Shown here: in pieces, positions 39,359 through 49,248 of the stretch
Layout: each line of letters begins with the position of its first letter
How positions within the stretch are numbered: the first letter of the stretch is position 1
Source of the DNA: Pseudobdellovibrionaceae bacterium
GTDB lineage: Bacteria > Bdellovibrionota_B > Oligoflexia > Oligoflexales > Bog-1112
Direction: 5' to 3'
Assembly: GCA_002711925.1 (NCBI GenBank)
Contig: PASJ01000027.1
Location: 5,372-69,371, forward strand
Length of the DNA: 64,000 nt
Made by a program: the position numbers and the translations under genes
The notes under the pieces: generated by a model
What the model was told of the DNA's origin: nothing
The model's database searches: none
The model's input: only the letters and a program-made list of their open reading frames with translations

Positions 39359-40462
39359 ATGACCACACAAAAATTATCTTTCTCTCTTACTCCTTTTTTG
39401 AAGATCATGATGGAAAAATTTACGAAAAAAAGACACCCCGGCAAGAAATTATTTTTGATCCTTTTTAGCATAGGTTCCTTTTTATGGCTTTTGTCAAACA
39501 CTCAAGAAAGTGGAAAGAAACTTTCTCCTCTTATTATTAGAGGGTCAACTATGGGAACATACTTTATTGTTACCTACTTTCCAAATCAAGGTAAGAAGAT
39601 AAAGATTGAAAATTTAAACGAGATGATTACGAAAGACTTAGAAAAAGTTAACCAACAAATGTCAACATACATAGATGATTCTGAAATAAGTCAATTCAAT
39701 AGAATCGAAAAGAATAAAGATTTTCGTATAAGCCCATGGTTTTACGAAGTTACAAAATTCTCTCTAGAACTATCAAATAAAACTTCTGGATCATTTGATC
39801 CTACTGTTGGTCCTCTTGTCAACAAATGGGGTTTTGGGCCAAAAAAAAACCAGCTCCCCCCCACAGCACAAGAGATTCAAAAAACTCTTTCCCAAGTCGG
39901 TTATGAAAAAATTAAACTAACAGAGAAAACTATAAAAAAAAGTCATAGCAAAGTTTACTTAGACCTTTCCTCTGTCGCAAAAGGTTTTGCTGTAGATATT
40001 ATATCAGAAAAATTAAATTCCCTAGGTATTTCAAATCACCTTGTTGAGATTGGTGGAGAAATAAGAGCGTCCGGTGACAAAAATGGAAGTCCTTGGTTAA
40101 TAGGTATAGAAGATCCCAATTTAACAGAAAATTTGCAACAGTTGGTATTTCTAAAAAATAGTTCTATTGCCACTAGCGGTCCATATAGAAATTATTTCGA
40201 GACAGAAAATGGCAAAATAACACATACAATTGACCCTAAAACAGGAAAAGCTTTAATTAATAATATTCTTTCTGTCAGTATTATTGATAAAAAATGCATG
40301 AAAGCAGACGCTCTGGCAACAGCATTACTTGTTATGGGAGAAAATAAAGCTATTCAATATACGAAAGATAATCAGATTGCAGCAATGCTAATTATCGAAA
40401 ATGGAACAAACAAAAAGACTTTTATGACAGAAAAGTTTAAACAAGCAATTTTTAGAGGATAA
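39359..40462 (+). CDS. apbE: FAD:protein FMN transferase ApbE
   Basis: ApbE-family blocks are present: MGTYFIVTY, SEISQFN, FDPTVGPLVNKWGFGP, LDLSSVAKGFAVD, IATSGPYRNYF, HTIDPKTG and ADALATAL. It lies directly downstream of nqrF. Confidence 0.9.
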   Translation: MTTQKLSFSLTPFLKIMMEKFTKKRHPGKKLFLILFSIGSFLWLLSNTQESGKKLSPLIIRGSTMGTYFIVTYFPNQGKKIKIENLNEMITKDLEKVNQQMSTYIDDSEISQFNRIEKNKDFRISPWFYEVTKFSLELSNKTSGSFDPTVGPLVNKWGFGPKKNQLPPTAQEIQKTLSQVGYEKIKLTEKTIKKSHSKVYLDLSSVAKGFAVDIISEKLNSLGISNHLVEIGGEIRASGDKNGSPWLIGIEDPNLTENLQQLVFLKNSSIATSGPYRNYFETENGKITHTIDPKTGKALINNILSVSIIDKKCMKADALATALLVMGENKAIQYTKDNQIAAMLIIENGTNKKTFMTEKFKQAIFRG

Positions 40463-40466
40463 TAAA

Positions 40467-40643
40467 ATGTTAAAGCTTTTTATGATTGGTTTTATTATCT
40501 TCGTAATATTTATTTTTGCTATGGCCATAGGTATAATTTTCGGTCAAAGGCCCCTAAGAGGATCATGCGGAGGGTTAGGTAAAATCATTGGTAAAGACTG
40601 TACTATTTGCAAAGAAAGAAACAAATGTCAGAAAAAAAAATGA
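40467..40643 (+). CDS. nqrM: (Na+)-NQR maturation factor NqrM (58 aa; absent from the ORF track)
   Basis: The ATG lies 4 nt after the apbE stop. The translation is MLKLFMIGFIIFVIFIFAMAIGIIFGQRPLRGSCGGLGKIIGKDCTICKERNKCQKKK. It has one TM helix, the GSCGG block and further Cys residues, as in DUF539/NqrM. The nqrF-apbE-nqrM synteny is conserved. Confidence 0.75.
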   Translation: MLKLFMIGFIIFVIFIFAMAIGIIFGQRPLRGSCGGLGKIIGKDCTICKERNKCQKKK

Positions 40644-40786
40644 TCTGTTAAATTTTTATCTCCACAAAATTTCAAAGTATTCTAGATCTTATATCTTATC
40701 TTAATTTTTCTTGTCACCTTTCATTTTTAATATTAGCTTATAGTTTGCACTTTTTGTAAGTCAAACATCAAAGAAAGATAAACCTT

Positions 40787-41371
40787 ATGACTAAAATTTT
40801 AATTATTGCTTTATTCTTTTTTAATTTTACTCTTTTTGGATCAAGTCAAAGGAGAAAAGGCGAATCTGAAAAAAATTTATATAATGATAGTTCTCAAAGA
40901 GTTTCAAGCAAGACAAGAAAAAATAATAATGAATTCAACAGTACACCTAGTCGTGAATATTTGAGAAACATGTATAAAGAGTTAAATATCTTTTTATCTC
41001 CGGAAAAAATTAAAGATTTTGCTATAAATGAAAGTGTTTACTTCAATTATTTTAAACAAAACTATAATCAGAACTTAAAACACTTAACAGAAAGTCAACT
41101 TCAAAAACTATGCTCACAAAAAAACTTATTTTTTAACGCGTTAAATAATTATCTTCCTTACTATTCTATTGGTCCTTTTGAAATCCAATCATTAATAAGA
41201 TCAGCTATTTTCATTTTTTACAGTATTGAAATCTCTTTATCTTTTCGGATAAAAGAAAGGGAAGGTGGAAATATTTCTGACATCTTGAGAAGAATTAACG
41301 GATACAACATCAAAGAAGGTTATACAGACTTATTCCATTTTAATTTCGAACACTTTCACAACAAGCTTTAA
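40787..41371 (+). CDS. hypothetical secreted protein
   Basis: Signal peptide MTKILIIALFFFNFTLFGSS. The N-terminal region is Asn/Ser/Lys-rich. No recognised domain. Confidence 0.5.
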   Translation: MTKILIIALFFFNFTLFGSSQRRKGESEKNLYNDSSQRVSSKTRKNNNEFNSTPSREYLRNMYKELNIFLSPEKIKDFAINESVYFNYFKQNYNQNLKHLTESQLQKLCSQKNLFFNALNNYLPYYSIGPFEIQSLIRSAIFIFYSIEISLSFRIKEREGGNISDILRRINGYNIKEGYTDLFHFNFEHFHNKL

Positions 41372-41470
41372 ACATATTGTCATTTCATGAAAAAAAAAAA
41401 TACGCTACTCTCCCCCCAATAATTCATGTACATCTAAAAAGATAATTCACTATTCTCAACTTTTCTTGAG

Positions 41471-42091
41471 GTGCATCTACTTATGCGTAAACACCTATAT
41501 GTTTTCCTCTATTTTATTTTTCTGGTAGTAAACTTTCGTTCTGTAGTAGCCTCAGAGGAGGAAGATAGCTCTGAAATATTTTTTGATGCTCAAAGTGAGC
41601 TTGTTGAAGATTATCAAGATCCATTTCACGAATCATCTGGGTTTACTGATTTTGAGACAAACACTTGCCCAGCAAAACCCCATGAAAATATAAAAAAATT
41701 TATCATTGAGCAATTAAATTCGGCAGGAAATTTGCAAATTCAAAGCATCAGGTTTGTCTCATTTTTTCTCAAAGATATGGGTGAATACACAATTGGTGGT
41801 AAAATACGATACGGCTGTAATCTTGAAAAAAGAGAGTTAGACAATTCAATACTTTTATCTTATGAAGCTATGTACAGTAATTTGAAAATTTATGGTAACA
41901 CTGAATCTGGCTTAAACCCTAAGTTTACAATCAGTAAGATTAACTCAATTTTTCCCGGTTGCCAAATTATTACAAGTATGGATCAGTTTAAAAACCCTCA
42001 ATTAACAGTTTTGCTTGGGCCAGACTTTACTTTTGGTGTTGATATTAAACTAGGAATAGAGCTGACTTTTCATAGTCCTTCCCATTCGTAG
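41471..42091 (+). CDS. hypothetical secreted protein
   Basis: Signal peptide LYVFLYFIFLVVNFRSVVASEEE. The propeptide-like stretch is acidic. The start could be the GTG at 41471 or the ATG at 41483. No recognised domain. Confidence 0.5.
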   Translation: MHLLMRKHLYVFLYFIFLVVNFRSVVASEEEDSSEIFFDAQSELVEDYQDPFHESSGFTDFETNTCPAKPHENIKKFIIEQLNSAGNLQIQSIRFVSFFLKDMGEYTIGGKIRYGCNLEKRELDNSILLSYEAMYSNLKIYGNTESGLNPKFTISKINSIFPGCQIITSMDQFKNPQLTVLLGPDFTFGVDIKLGIELTFHSPSHS

Positions 42092-42108
42092 GACAAAAAA
42101 TAAACTCT

Positions 42109-43002
42109 TCAATCCTTTAAAGGAAGTATTTTCTTAGGGATGGAAAAGTACGTTGTTAACGACATTTCTTGAACTCCAGAGGAAGCAGCCAGTTTTTTTG
42201 TTAAAGCTTGAGCATCAACTTGCTTAAGGCCACAAGGCAACTTTCCAAACGGTTTTTCTAGGACAAATACTTGCTCATGGTGAGAATAATATTTCGCCTT
42301 TTGAAGGCGAGAGCATGCAGATTTTAATGAAATTAACTCAACGGTATCAGTTTCAAGATGATTTTTTTTAAACGCTTCATCAAGAATAGACTTCATATCT
42401 TCTCCGCGAGGAATCGACTCAATTTCCTTACTTGTTAGAGCAATTAGTTTACATTTCTTTTTATTGGAAAAGTCTACAAATGATTCCCAATCAGGAAATT
42501 TTCTCTTTTTATTCTTTTCAACTAAGAAAAGATGATTCATAGAACCGACACAATGGCCATCTACTCTTTTTAATAGTGAAGCTGTTGCCCCTTTCGATAG
42601 TGTTAAGCTATCATCTTTAAGAAGTTTGAGTGCTTTTAAAATATCAGCTGACACTTCTTTGATTATAACTTTTTGTCTTGTTAGTTTACCAGCATTATGG
42701 GTAACATCATTTAATTTACAAGATTTTGTGACATAAAACACAAAGCCAGAATAACCTACATACGAGTCTTTATGCTTTTCACAAACAGACTTCTTTGCTT
42801 TTTGTGAAAGATCTTTTACTGGAGGGTTAATATACTTAGGTATTATTCGATCTTTTTTGTTTTCATCGTCTGAGTTTTCGTTTTCTTGACTATAGCTCAA
42901 CTGAGGTATTAGAGTTAAAATCATAAAAAAAGCATATATTTTGATAAAACCTAAATACTCTTGAGTCTTACACATTGAAAAAGTCCCCACTTTAATTTGC
43001 AT
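42109..43002 (-). CDS. hypothetical secreted protein (Cys- and Lys-rich)
   Basis: Signal peptide IKIYAFFMILTLIPQLSYSQE. It has several spaced Cys residues and no recognised domain. Confidence 0.5.
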   Translation of the reverse strand: MQIKVGTFSMCKTQEYLGFIKIYAFFMILTLIPQLSYSQENENSDDENKKDRIIPKYINPPVKDLSQKAKKSVCEKHKDSYVGYSGFVFYVTKSCKLNDVTHNAGKLTRQKVIIKEVSADILKALKLLKDDSLTLSKGATASLLKRVDGHCVGSMNHLFLVEKNKKRKFPDWESFVDFSNKKKCKLIALTSKEIESIPRGEDMKSILDEAFKKNHLETDTVELISLKSACSRLQKAKYYSHHEQVFVLEKPFGKLPCGLKQVDAQALTKKLAASSGVQEMSLTTYFSIPKKILPLKD

Positions 43003-43339
43003 AAGCCTATTCTACCTTTATTTGACTAAAATAGTGAGATATGAAACCAAATAATAGAAAAACTGATGTTTTCATAACCATAAATTTAATCAATTCTATC
43101 CGTAATGACAATACCCTATATCACACAAAAACCCTAGTGAGGTCTTTCAATAAAATGTTTGAACCAGGCAGAATTTTAAGCTTTTGAAAAATCACCACTA
43201 CGTATAAATTAAATCTATCAAGACAAAAATATACAGATGATTTCGCAAAAAATCTCAAACTAGATAACATCACTTAAAGTGATAAAGAGAAAATTTTTAG
43301 ATTTTAAATTCTTTCGCACAATAAAATTTATACATTGCG

Positions 43340-44656
43340 CTACACTTTTTTTCTCTCCAAAGCCCAAATAAGAAAAGGAGGGGTAATCATCGTAGTAATC
43401 ATGACCATCATGACGATAGCTGAATAAAGCTTTTCATCAACTACGCTTTGCCCATGAAGACTTAAACCAGCGCCAATCATTGCAAAAATTAGTCCTACTT
43501 CTCCCCTTGGAATCATACCTATTCCTACGAGAGCTCGAGATACACCTCGGGTATTTTTTCCTAAGATACCAAGACCACATGCTTGTTTTCCTAAAATCGC
43601 AACAAAAGATAAACATAGTCCAAAAGCTAAAACGTCTAAATTAAGCAAAGAGTGGACCTCAACTTGCATTCCCATATGAACAAAGAAAACGGGAACAAAA
43701 AACTTTGATACGGGAAAAATAAGTGCTCCTAGGTGCCGATCATCACCGTACATTTTTGGAAACCTAACTCCGTCCAACATAAGTCCTGCAGCAAAAGCTC
43801 CAACAATTGGAGCTAAACCAACCAAATGAGCTAAGTATGATAAAACAAAACAAAAAATTAAAGAAAGACTGAGAAGAACTCCTTCTAACTGAAGTTTTGC
43901 TCCGAAACGAAAAAATGATGGTGAAATTTTTGTTCCAATAATGAGAGCACCAACTAAAAAACCGACGGCTTTGAGAAAAACTAAAAAGATATCAGTTAAT
44001 GTTAGTTCAGCGCCCCCTGTTGAAATACTAGAAATGATTCCAGAAACAACAGCTAAAATAATGAGTCCAAGAACATCATCAATGACAGCAGCTCCAAGAA
44101 TAATCTTAGCCTCTTTAATATTGATTTTACCTAAATCTTTAAGAACTCTTGCTGTGATACCAACACTTGTTGCACATAGTGTTGCACCTACAAAAGCATG
44201 AATATAAATTGATTTTTCTGGCATGAAAAAATAACTAACACCAAGGCCAAGAAAGAATGGAAAAACAACACCAATAATAGCCACAACTGATGCCACAAAA
44301 CCAACCTTAATCATTTCGCTTAAACTTGACTCTAAACCAACTTCGAACAAAAGAAGGATAACACCAATACCTGCTAGAATTTGGAAGACTTCGCCGGTTT
44401 TTATAAAATCAAACCCATCATAACCGAGAAAAACGAGATTACCAAGAAAAACTCCCACAACCAGTTCTCCGAGAACAACAGGTTGTTTTAACTTATTAGC
44501 TAGAAACCCTCCGAAACTTGCCCCACTAAACAAGACAACTAGGCCAAGTAGAATAGGAGGAACAGGGTCAACATGCCCTCCTGCTTCGAAAGAAAAGATA
44601 GATGACGATGAAAAGATAGTAAAAACTATAGATAATAAATACTTAATTGCTTTCAA
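43340..44656 (-). CDS. cation:proton antiporter (CPA2 / Kef-NapA-like Na+/H+ exchanger family)
   Basis: About 12 predicted TM helices. Family-like blocks are present: QPVVLGELVVGVFLG, ATLCATSVGITARVL and AAVIDDVLGLIILAV. TTG start after GGGAGG. Confidence 0.8.
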   Translation of the reverse strand: MKAIKYLLSIVFTIFSSSSIFSFEAGGHVDPVPPILLGLVVLFSGASFGGFLANKLKQPVVLGELVVGVFLGNLVFLGYDGFDFIKTGEVFQILAGIGVILLLFEVGLESSLSEMIKVGFVASVVAIIGVVFPFFLGLGVSYFFMPEKSIYIHAFVGATLCATSVGITARVLKDLGKINIKEAKIILGAAVIDDVLGLIILAVVSGIISSISTGGAELTLTDIFLVFLKAVGFLVGALIIGTKISPSFFRFGAKLQLEGVLLSLSLIFCFVLSYLAHLVGLAPIVGAFAAGLMLDGVRFPKMYGDDRHLGALIFPVSKFFVPVFFVHMGMQVEVHSLLNLDVLAFGLCLSFVAILGKQACGLGILGKNTRGVSRALVGIGMIPRGEVGLIFAMIGAGLSLHGQSVVDEKLYSAIVMMVMITTMITPPFLIWALERKKV

Positions 44657-44880
44657 AGGACCTCCCAGACAAATTTTTTCAGAACTTTTGTACCGCGCTT
44701 GTGATCATCTCACCCTAGAACAAGAATAGCAAGAGTGATTTTAGTACGACAAAACCCAAGGTTTCTCAACGAGGAAACTAGGGGGGAAACATGTAAACTT
44801 TGATAATTTACTTATTTCCTAAATTGAATTATCTCCTAAAACTATTTTTAACGTCTCTTTAAGATAAAAAAAACAAAAAA

Positions 44881-45990
44881 CTAACGGCTTAAATAATCAT
44901 GAACCACCTTATTCTCTTCTTCTCGACCGATAGAAATACGCAAAGCAAAACATGCTGAAGAACAAAAAACAGGGCGAACTAAAACACCGCTTCTTTTTAA
45001 GTCTTGAAAAAAATTGTTATACTTTGTCTCATCTTGCCAAGTTAGTAACAAGAAATTTGCTGAAGAGGGGTAGACTTTATAAGCAAACTTCAAACTATTT
45101 TCACCGAGAGCTTTATAAAGTTTTTTTCTTTCTTCGATAATAAAATAAACATAACTTCTAAGAGAGTAAAGAAATTTCTTATGTTTCAAAGCATGCTTCA
45201 TAGCAACAAGAGAAAAATAATTTAATAAAAAGGGTAAGGTTAACTTGCGTAAGTTATCAATAAAAACCTGACTACCTGCAGTGTAAGCAAGCCTTACTCC
45301 TGCCGCACAAAAAGCTTTTGAGAAGGTACGTAAAATCAGAAGATTCGAGTGGTCCTTCAACAAATCTGTGTAAGGCTCTGAAGAAAATTCGTAATATGCT
45401 TCATCTGCCACAAAAAAAACGTCTGGGTATTGGTTTAAAAGACTTTTCAAGTCATTCTTTGGTAAAAAACTACCAGTTGGGTTATTTGGTGAAGCAAAAA
45501 TTAATACGGAGCCTCGTGGTAGTTCAGGTAATTTTTTTAGATCATATTGAAAATTTTTGTCTAACTCCCATCTCTCAAATTCAATCCCTTCATACAAACA
45601 ATGTCCCTCATAAAGAGGAAAGGAAGGATTAGCAATAACAAGTTTTGCATTTTTATTAACACGCATTAACATATTAATAACTACGGTAATATGATAATTA
45701 GAACCCGGAGAAAGTAAAATATTTTTTTCGTTAATACCAGCATAGTTTGCGACTAATTTTTCTAACTCAAGGCTGTAGGGTTCTGGATAACGATTCCATT
45801 GCTTTTCTTTCAAAGACTTTAGTACTTTATTTTTCAAATCATCAGGCCAATCAAAAGGCAACTCGTTTTGATCTAGTTTAATATAATTTTGCGAGGGTTC
45901 TATGTGGTAAGCATTGGCACTCTGTAACTTAGGTTTTAAAAAGAGACTTCTATGGTACTCGCTCATTTCTTTAGCACTTATAAAAGACAT
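44881..45990 (-). CDS. hisC: class I/II pyridoxal-phosphate aminotransferase, histidinol-phosphate aminotransferase-like
   Basis: LDQNELPFDWP, ASPNNPTGSF, VADEAYYEF and LRTFSKAFCAAGVRLAY (PLP lysine in SK). Confidence 0.6.
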   Translation of the reverse strand: MSFISAKEMSEYHRSLFLKPKLQSANAYHIEPSQNYIKLDQNELPFDWPDDLKNKVLKSLKEKQWNRYPEPYSLELEKLVANYAGINEKNILLSPGSNYHITVVINMLMRVNKNAKLVIANPSFPLYEGHCLYEGIEFERWELDKNFQYDLKKLPELPRGSVLIFASPNNPTGSFLPKNDLKSLLNQYPDVFFVADEAYYEFSSEPYTDLLKDHSNLLILRTFSKAFCAAGVRLAYTAGSQVFIDNLRKLTLPFLLNYFSLVAMKHALKHKKFLYSLRSYVYFIIEERKKLYKALGENSLKFAYKVYPSSANFLLLTWQDETKYNNFFQDLKRSGVLVRPVFCSSACFALRISIGREEENKVVHDYLSR

Positions 45991-46005
45991 TAAATCTCCT
46001 AAAAT

Positions 46006-46494
46006 TTACAATTGTAATCTCTTTTTTCGACTTAATAATTGATGATAAGTAACTATTGAAACACTGTTTGCTAAGTTTAAACTACGAACTTTTTCGTGAT
46101 AAATAGGAATTTTATAAAAATTATCTGAAAATTTTTGCCACAAATCATTTGGCAAACCTGATGTTTCTTGTCCAAAAATTAGTGTATCAATGTGATCAGG
46201 CATATCAAAGTAATTTTTTTCTGCCTTCTTAGAAAAAAAAGCTAACCTGCGGCTTGAGAAAAGTTTCAAAAAATGATCCATATGCTGATGAATTTCAACA
46301 TCTAAGTAAGGCCAATAGTCAAGACCACTTCTTCTCAAGTTTTTATCCGAATCGGAAAAACCAAAAGGTTTAATAAGATGTAAACGGCATTGAGTAGCAG
46401 CAGCAAGACGCCCAATATTACCTGTATTCTGAGGGATTTCAGGTTGGTACAAAACAAGATGTAAATGGTTTTTAATCATAATAAACTTCGTCAA
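46006..46494 (-). CDS. trmL: tRNA (cytidine/uridine-2'-O)-methyltransferase TrmL (SpoU/TrmH family)
   Basis: LHLVLYQPEIPQNTGNIGRLAAAT..RLHLIKPFGF....LRRSGLDYW resembles E. coli TrmL ([23 protein letters not shown]). The C-terminal block reads SLNLANSVSIVTY. Confidence 0.85.
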   Translation of the reverse strand: MTKFIMIKNHLHLVLYQPEIPQNTGNIGRLAAATQCRLHLIKPFGFSDSDKNLRRSGLDYWPYLDVEIHQHMDHFLKLFSSRRLAFFSKKAEKNYFDMPDHIDTLIFGQETSGLPNDLWQKFSDNFYKIPIYHEKVRSLNLANSVSIVTYHQLLSRKKRLQL

Positions 46495-47105
46495 TTTTTC
46501 TCAACAGAAATTTTCTCTAAGTTGAGAAGAAAGCCTCCTCGAAAAAGAAAGCAAAGATTTAAAATAAAATGGACAACAAGACAAGGAATAAGAGACCCTG
46601 TAAAAAAGAATAAAACACCAAATAGCAAACTACGCATACCCACGTAAAGCGTCCAACCGGAGACTCTAAACGTAGAGCCTAAGTGTAGAAGACTTACCAG
46701 AAAGCTGGTTAGAACGATACCAAGATAAGGCTGAAGACAAGCTCGAAAGAAAAACTCCTCACCGACAGAGCTTAAAAGAGCTATATAAGCCAAACCAAAA
46801 AATTTAAGAGGACGCGTGTAAATAGCCGTTAAAATTTGCTGTCTTCTAAAATAGACTGATGAAGTCTCAAATAATAAATTGAAACACAAAAGAATTACAC
46901 AAGAAATCAAAGACAAAATAAAAACCTGTACACTTGGCATCTTAAAACTGTCTGGAGACAATATTTCTACAAAATTACTATGATGAAACTTACACACATA
47001 AACACTAACAGTTAAAATGAAAAGATACACCACTGTCGAATGCTCAAGTATACGGTTTGATGCCTTACTCAGCCACTTTTTTTCTTCATTCAATTCATCG
47101 TCCAA
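46491..47105 (-). CDS. CPBP (CAAX) family intramembrane glutamic endopeptidase
   Basis: Polytopic protein with the EExxxR motif (GEEFFFRACLQPYLG) and downstream His motifs (LVSLLHL, VVHFILN). A 4-bp overlap links it to trmL. Confidence 0.7.
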   Translation of the reverse strand: MDDELNEEKKWLSKASNRILEHSTVVYLFILTVSVYVCKFHHSNFVEILSPDSFKMPSVQVFILSLISCVILLCFNLLFETSSVYFRRQQILTAIYTRPLKFFGLAYIALLSSVGEEFFFRACLQPYLGIVLTSFLVSLLHLGSTFRVSGWTLYVGMRSLLFGVLFFFTGSLIPCLVVHFILNLCFLFRGGFLLNLEKISVEKN

Positions 47106-47158
47106 ACGAGCACCAAACCTTCCGTCAAGTGTAGCAGATTATAGCGGGTCAAATTTCT

Positions 47159-49126
47159 CTAAACTCGTAAATCTAGAGTTTTACTTTTTTGCAGCGACTT
47201 TAAAACTGCCCGATCTTCAATTGTACTTAGGTCTCCTGAAAAACTTCTACCGCAAGCATGATCTCTTAACAGACGCCGCATAATTTTTCCAGAACGAGTT
47301 TTAGGGAGCTGCTCAACGATACAGATATCTTTTGGTACTGCAATTGCACCAATTTTCTTTCTAACATGTTGTTTTAAAGAGGAAACTAAATCATCTGCAG
47401 TGCATCCAATCTTGTCTATAACAACAAAACAAAAGATTGCTTCTCCTGTTATATCATCTGGACGGCCGACTACTGCAGCTTCTACTACACTAGGATAACT
47501 TACTAAAGCACTTTCCATCTCCATGGTACTTAAACGGTGACCAGAAACATTGAGAACATCGTCGACACGACCCAGTAACCAATAAAAACCATCTTCGTCT
47601 CTTTTTGCTCCATCCCCCGTAAAGTATACACCAGGTATTTTTTGCCAATACTGCTCAACAAAGCGGTCATGATTATTGTATATAGTTCGTGCCATACTTG
47701 GCCAAGGCTTTCTTACAACAAGAAATCCTTCTGTATTCGTACCTTTTGTGTTGCCCTTTTCGTCGACGATATCACAAATAAGACCGGGTAAAGGCTTAGA
47801 AGCAGAGCCTGGCTTTAACGTTTTTTCGAAAGGCAAAGGACTTATCATAATAGAGCCCGTTTCTGTTTGCCACCACGTATCAACGACGGGACAACGTTTT
47901 TGTCCGATGTGGTGAAAAAACCAGAGCCAAACATCTGGGTTAATTGGTTCACCAACAGACCCAAGAATCTTCAATGAAGAAAGGTCATAAGAATGAGGGA
48001 TTTTGACGCCTTCGCTCATAAACATTCGAATTGCAGTGGGGGCAGTATAAAATTTACTTATTTTGTGTTTTTCAATCATGTTCCAGAACCGCCCAGGCTT
48101 GGGAAAACTAGGAGCTCCTTCATAAAGAAAAATAGTAGAACCGTTGGACAAGGGACCATAAACAACATATGAATGCCCTGTAATCCACCCAATGTCTGCT
48201 GTACACCAATAAATATCATCGGGGTGAAGATCAAAAATATAACGACTCGATAGCGTCGCACCTAAAAGATATCCTGCACTCGTATGAACCAAGCCTTTAG
48301 GTTTACCAGTGCTTCCTGAGGTATAAAGCAAAAAAAGCGGATGCTCTGAATCCCAGAATCGTATATTTTCCTCCAAACACACTTTTTGCATCAGTTGATG
48401 CCAATCTAAGTCATTTAAATTTTTTCTATAAGAAACAAGGCCTCTATCCCAAATAATAACATTCTCTACAGACTTATTACCTACCAAGCTTTTATCAACA
48501 ATATTTTTTAAAGGTAAAACTTTTCCTTTACGCCATGTGCCATCTGCTGTTACGATAATTTTACTTGAGCAATCGTTTAATCTGTCACGGATACTTTCTG
48601 CACTAAAGCCTGGAAAAATAACATTATGCATAGCACCAAGACGAGCACAAGCAAGCATAACGATAACAAGCTCTAGAGACATTGGCATATAGACAGACAC
48701 AACATCTTCACTAGTGATACCAAGATTTTTAAGAACATTAGAAAATCTAACAACTTGTTGATGTAATTGACGGTAAGTCACTTTTTCCACCGTACCGTCT
48801 TCACTCTCGCAAATTACGGCAAGCTTATCTGATTTATCGTGCAGGTGACGGTCAAGACAATTATAAGATACGTTTAATTTACCACCTGAAAACCAGTTGA
48901 ATTTATGATTTTCCTTTTCAGCAAAGACAGTGTGCCACTTACTTTTCCAGTGTAATAAACGCTCAGCTTGCACACGCCAAAAAGACTCAAATTTTTCATT
49001 TGAATCATGCCATTCTTTTTGATCTTGACGCCACTGAGAAAAAAAAGCGCTATTATCATCAGTTGAATATGGGTTCTGAATAAATTTATCTTGAGTTAAA
49101 CTTTTAAAATTACTCTTAGTACTCAT
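47159..49126 (-). CDS. acs: acetyl-CoA synthetase
   Basis: FNWFSGGKLNVSYNCLDRH, AMP-binding motif LYTSGSTGKPKG, TWWQTETG, YFTGDGAKRDEDGFYWLLGRVDDV, and LPKTRSGKIMRR. The ATG at 49126 is preferred over the TTG at 49150. Confidence 0.95.
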   Translation of the reverse strand: MSTKSNFKSLTQDKFIQNPYSTDDNSAFFSQWRQDQKEWHDSNEKFESFWRVQAERLLHWKSKWHTVFAEKENHKFNWFSGGKLNVSYNCLDRHLHDKSDKLAVICESEDGTVEKVTYRQLHQQVVRFSNVLKNLGITSEDVVSVYMPMSLELVIVMLACARLGAMHNVIFPGFSAESIRDRLNDCSSKIIVTADGTWRKGKVLPLKNIVDKSLVGNKSVENVIIWDRGLVSYRKNLNDLDWHQLMQKVCLEENIRFWDSEHPLFLLYTSGSTGKPKGLVHTSAGYLLGATLSSRYIFDLHPDDIYWCTADIGWITGHSYVVYGPLSNGSTIFLYEGAPSFPKPGRFWNMIEKHKISKFYTAPTAIRMFMSEGVKIPHSYDLSSLKILGSVGEPINPDVWLWFFHHIGQKRCPVVDTWWQTETGSIMISPLPFEKTLKPGSASKPLPGLICDIVDEKGNTKGTNTEGFLVVRKPWPSMARTIYNNHDRFVEQYWQKIPGVYFTGDGAKRDEDGFYWLLGRVDDVLNVSGHRLSTMEMESALVSYPSVVEAAVVGRPDDITGEAIFCFVVIDKIGCTADDLVSSLKQHVRKKIGAIAVPKDICIVEQLPKTRSGKIMRRLLRDHACGRSFSGDLSTIEDRAVLKSLQKSKTLDLRV

Positions 49127-49248
49127 ATATATTGCCTTATTTGATTTCAATACCTTGTCGAGTGCTTGTTTGAAAGATCATGATAATGAAATCTGAAATA
49201 TACTTAGTCAATATGAATTTTAAAAGAAAATAAACTTAATACGCACAA

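Noticed and set aside
44740-44775. The plus-strand sequence gaggaaactaggggggaaac resembles the RNase P RNA GAGGAAAGTCC box
   Set aside because: It is not an exact match to the conserved box. The whole spacer is only ~224 nt, too short for RNase P RNA, and the other conserved regions are absent.
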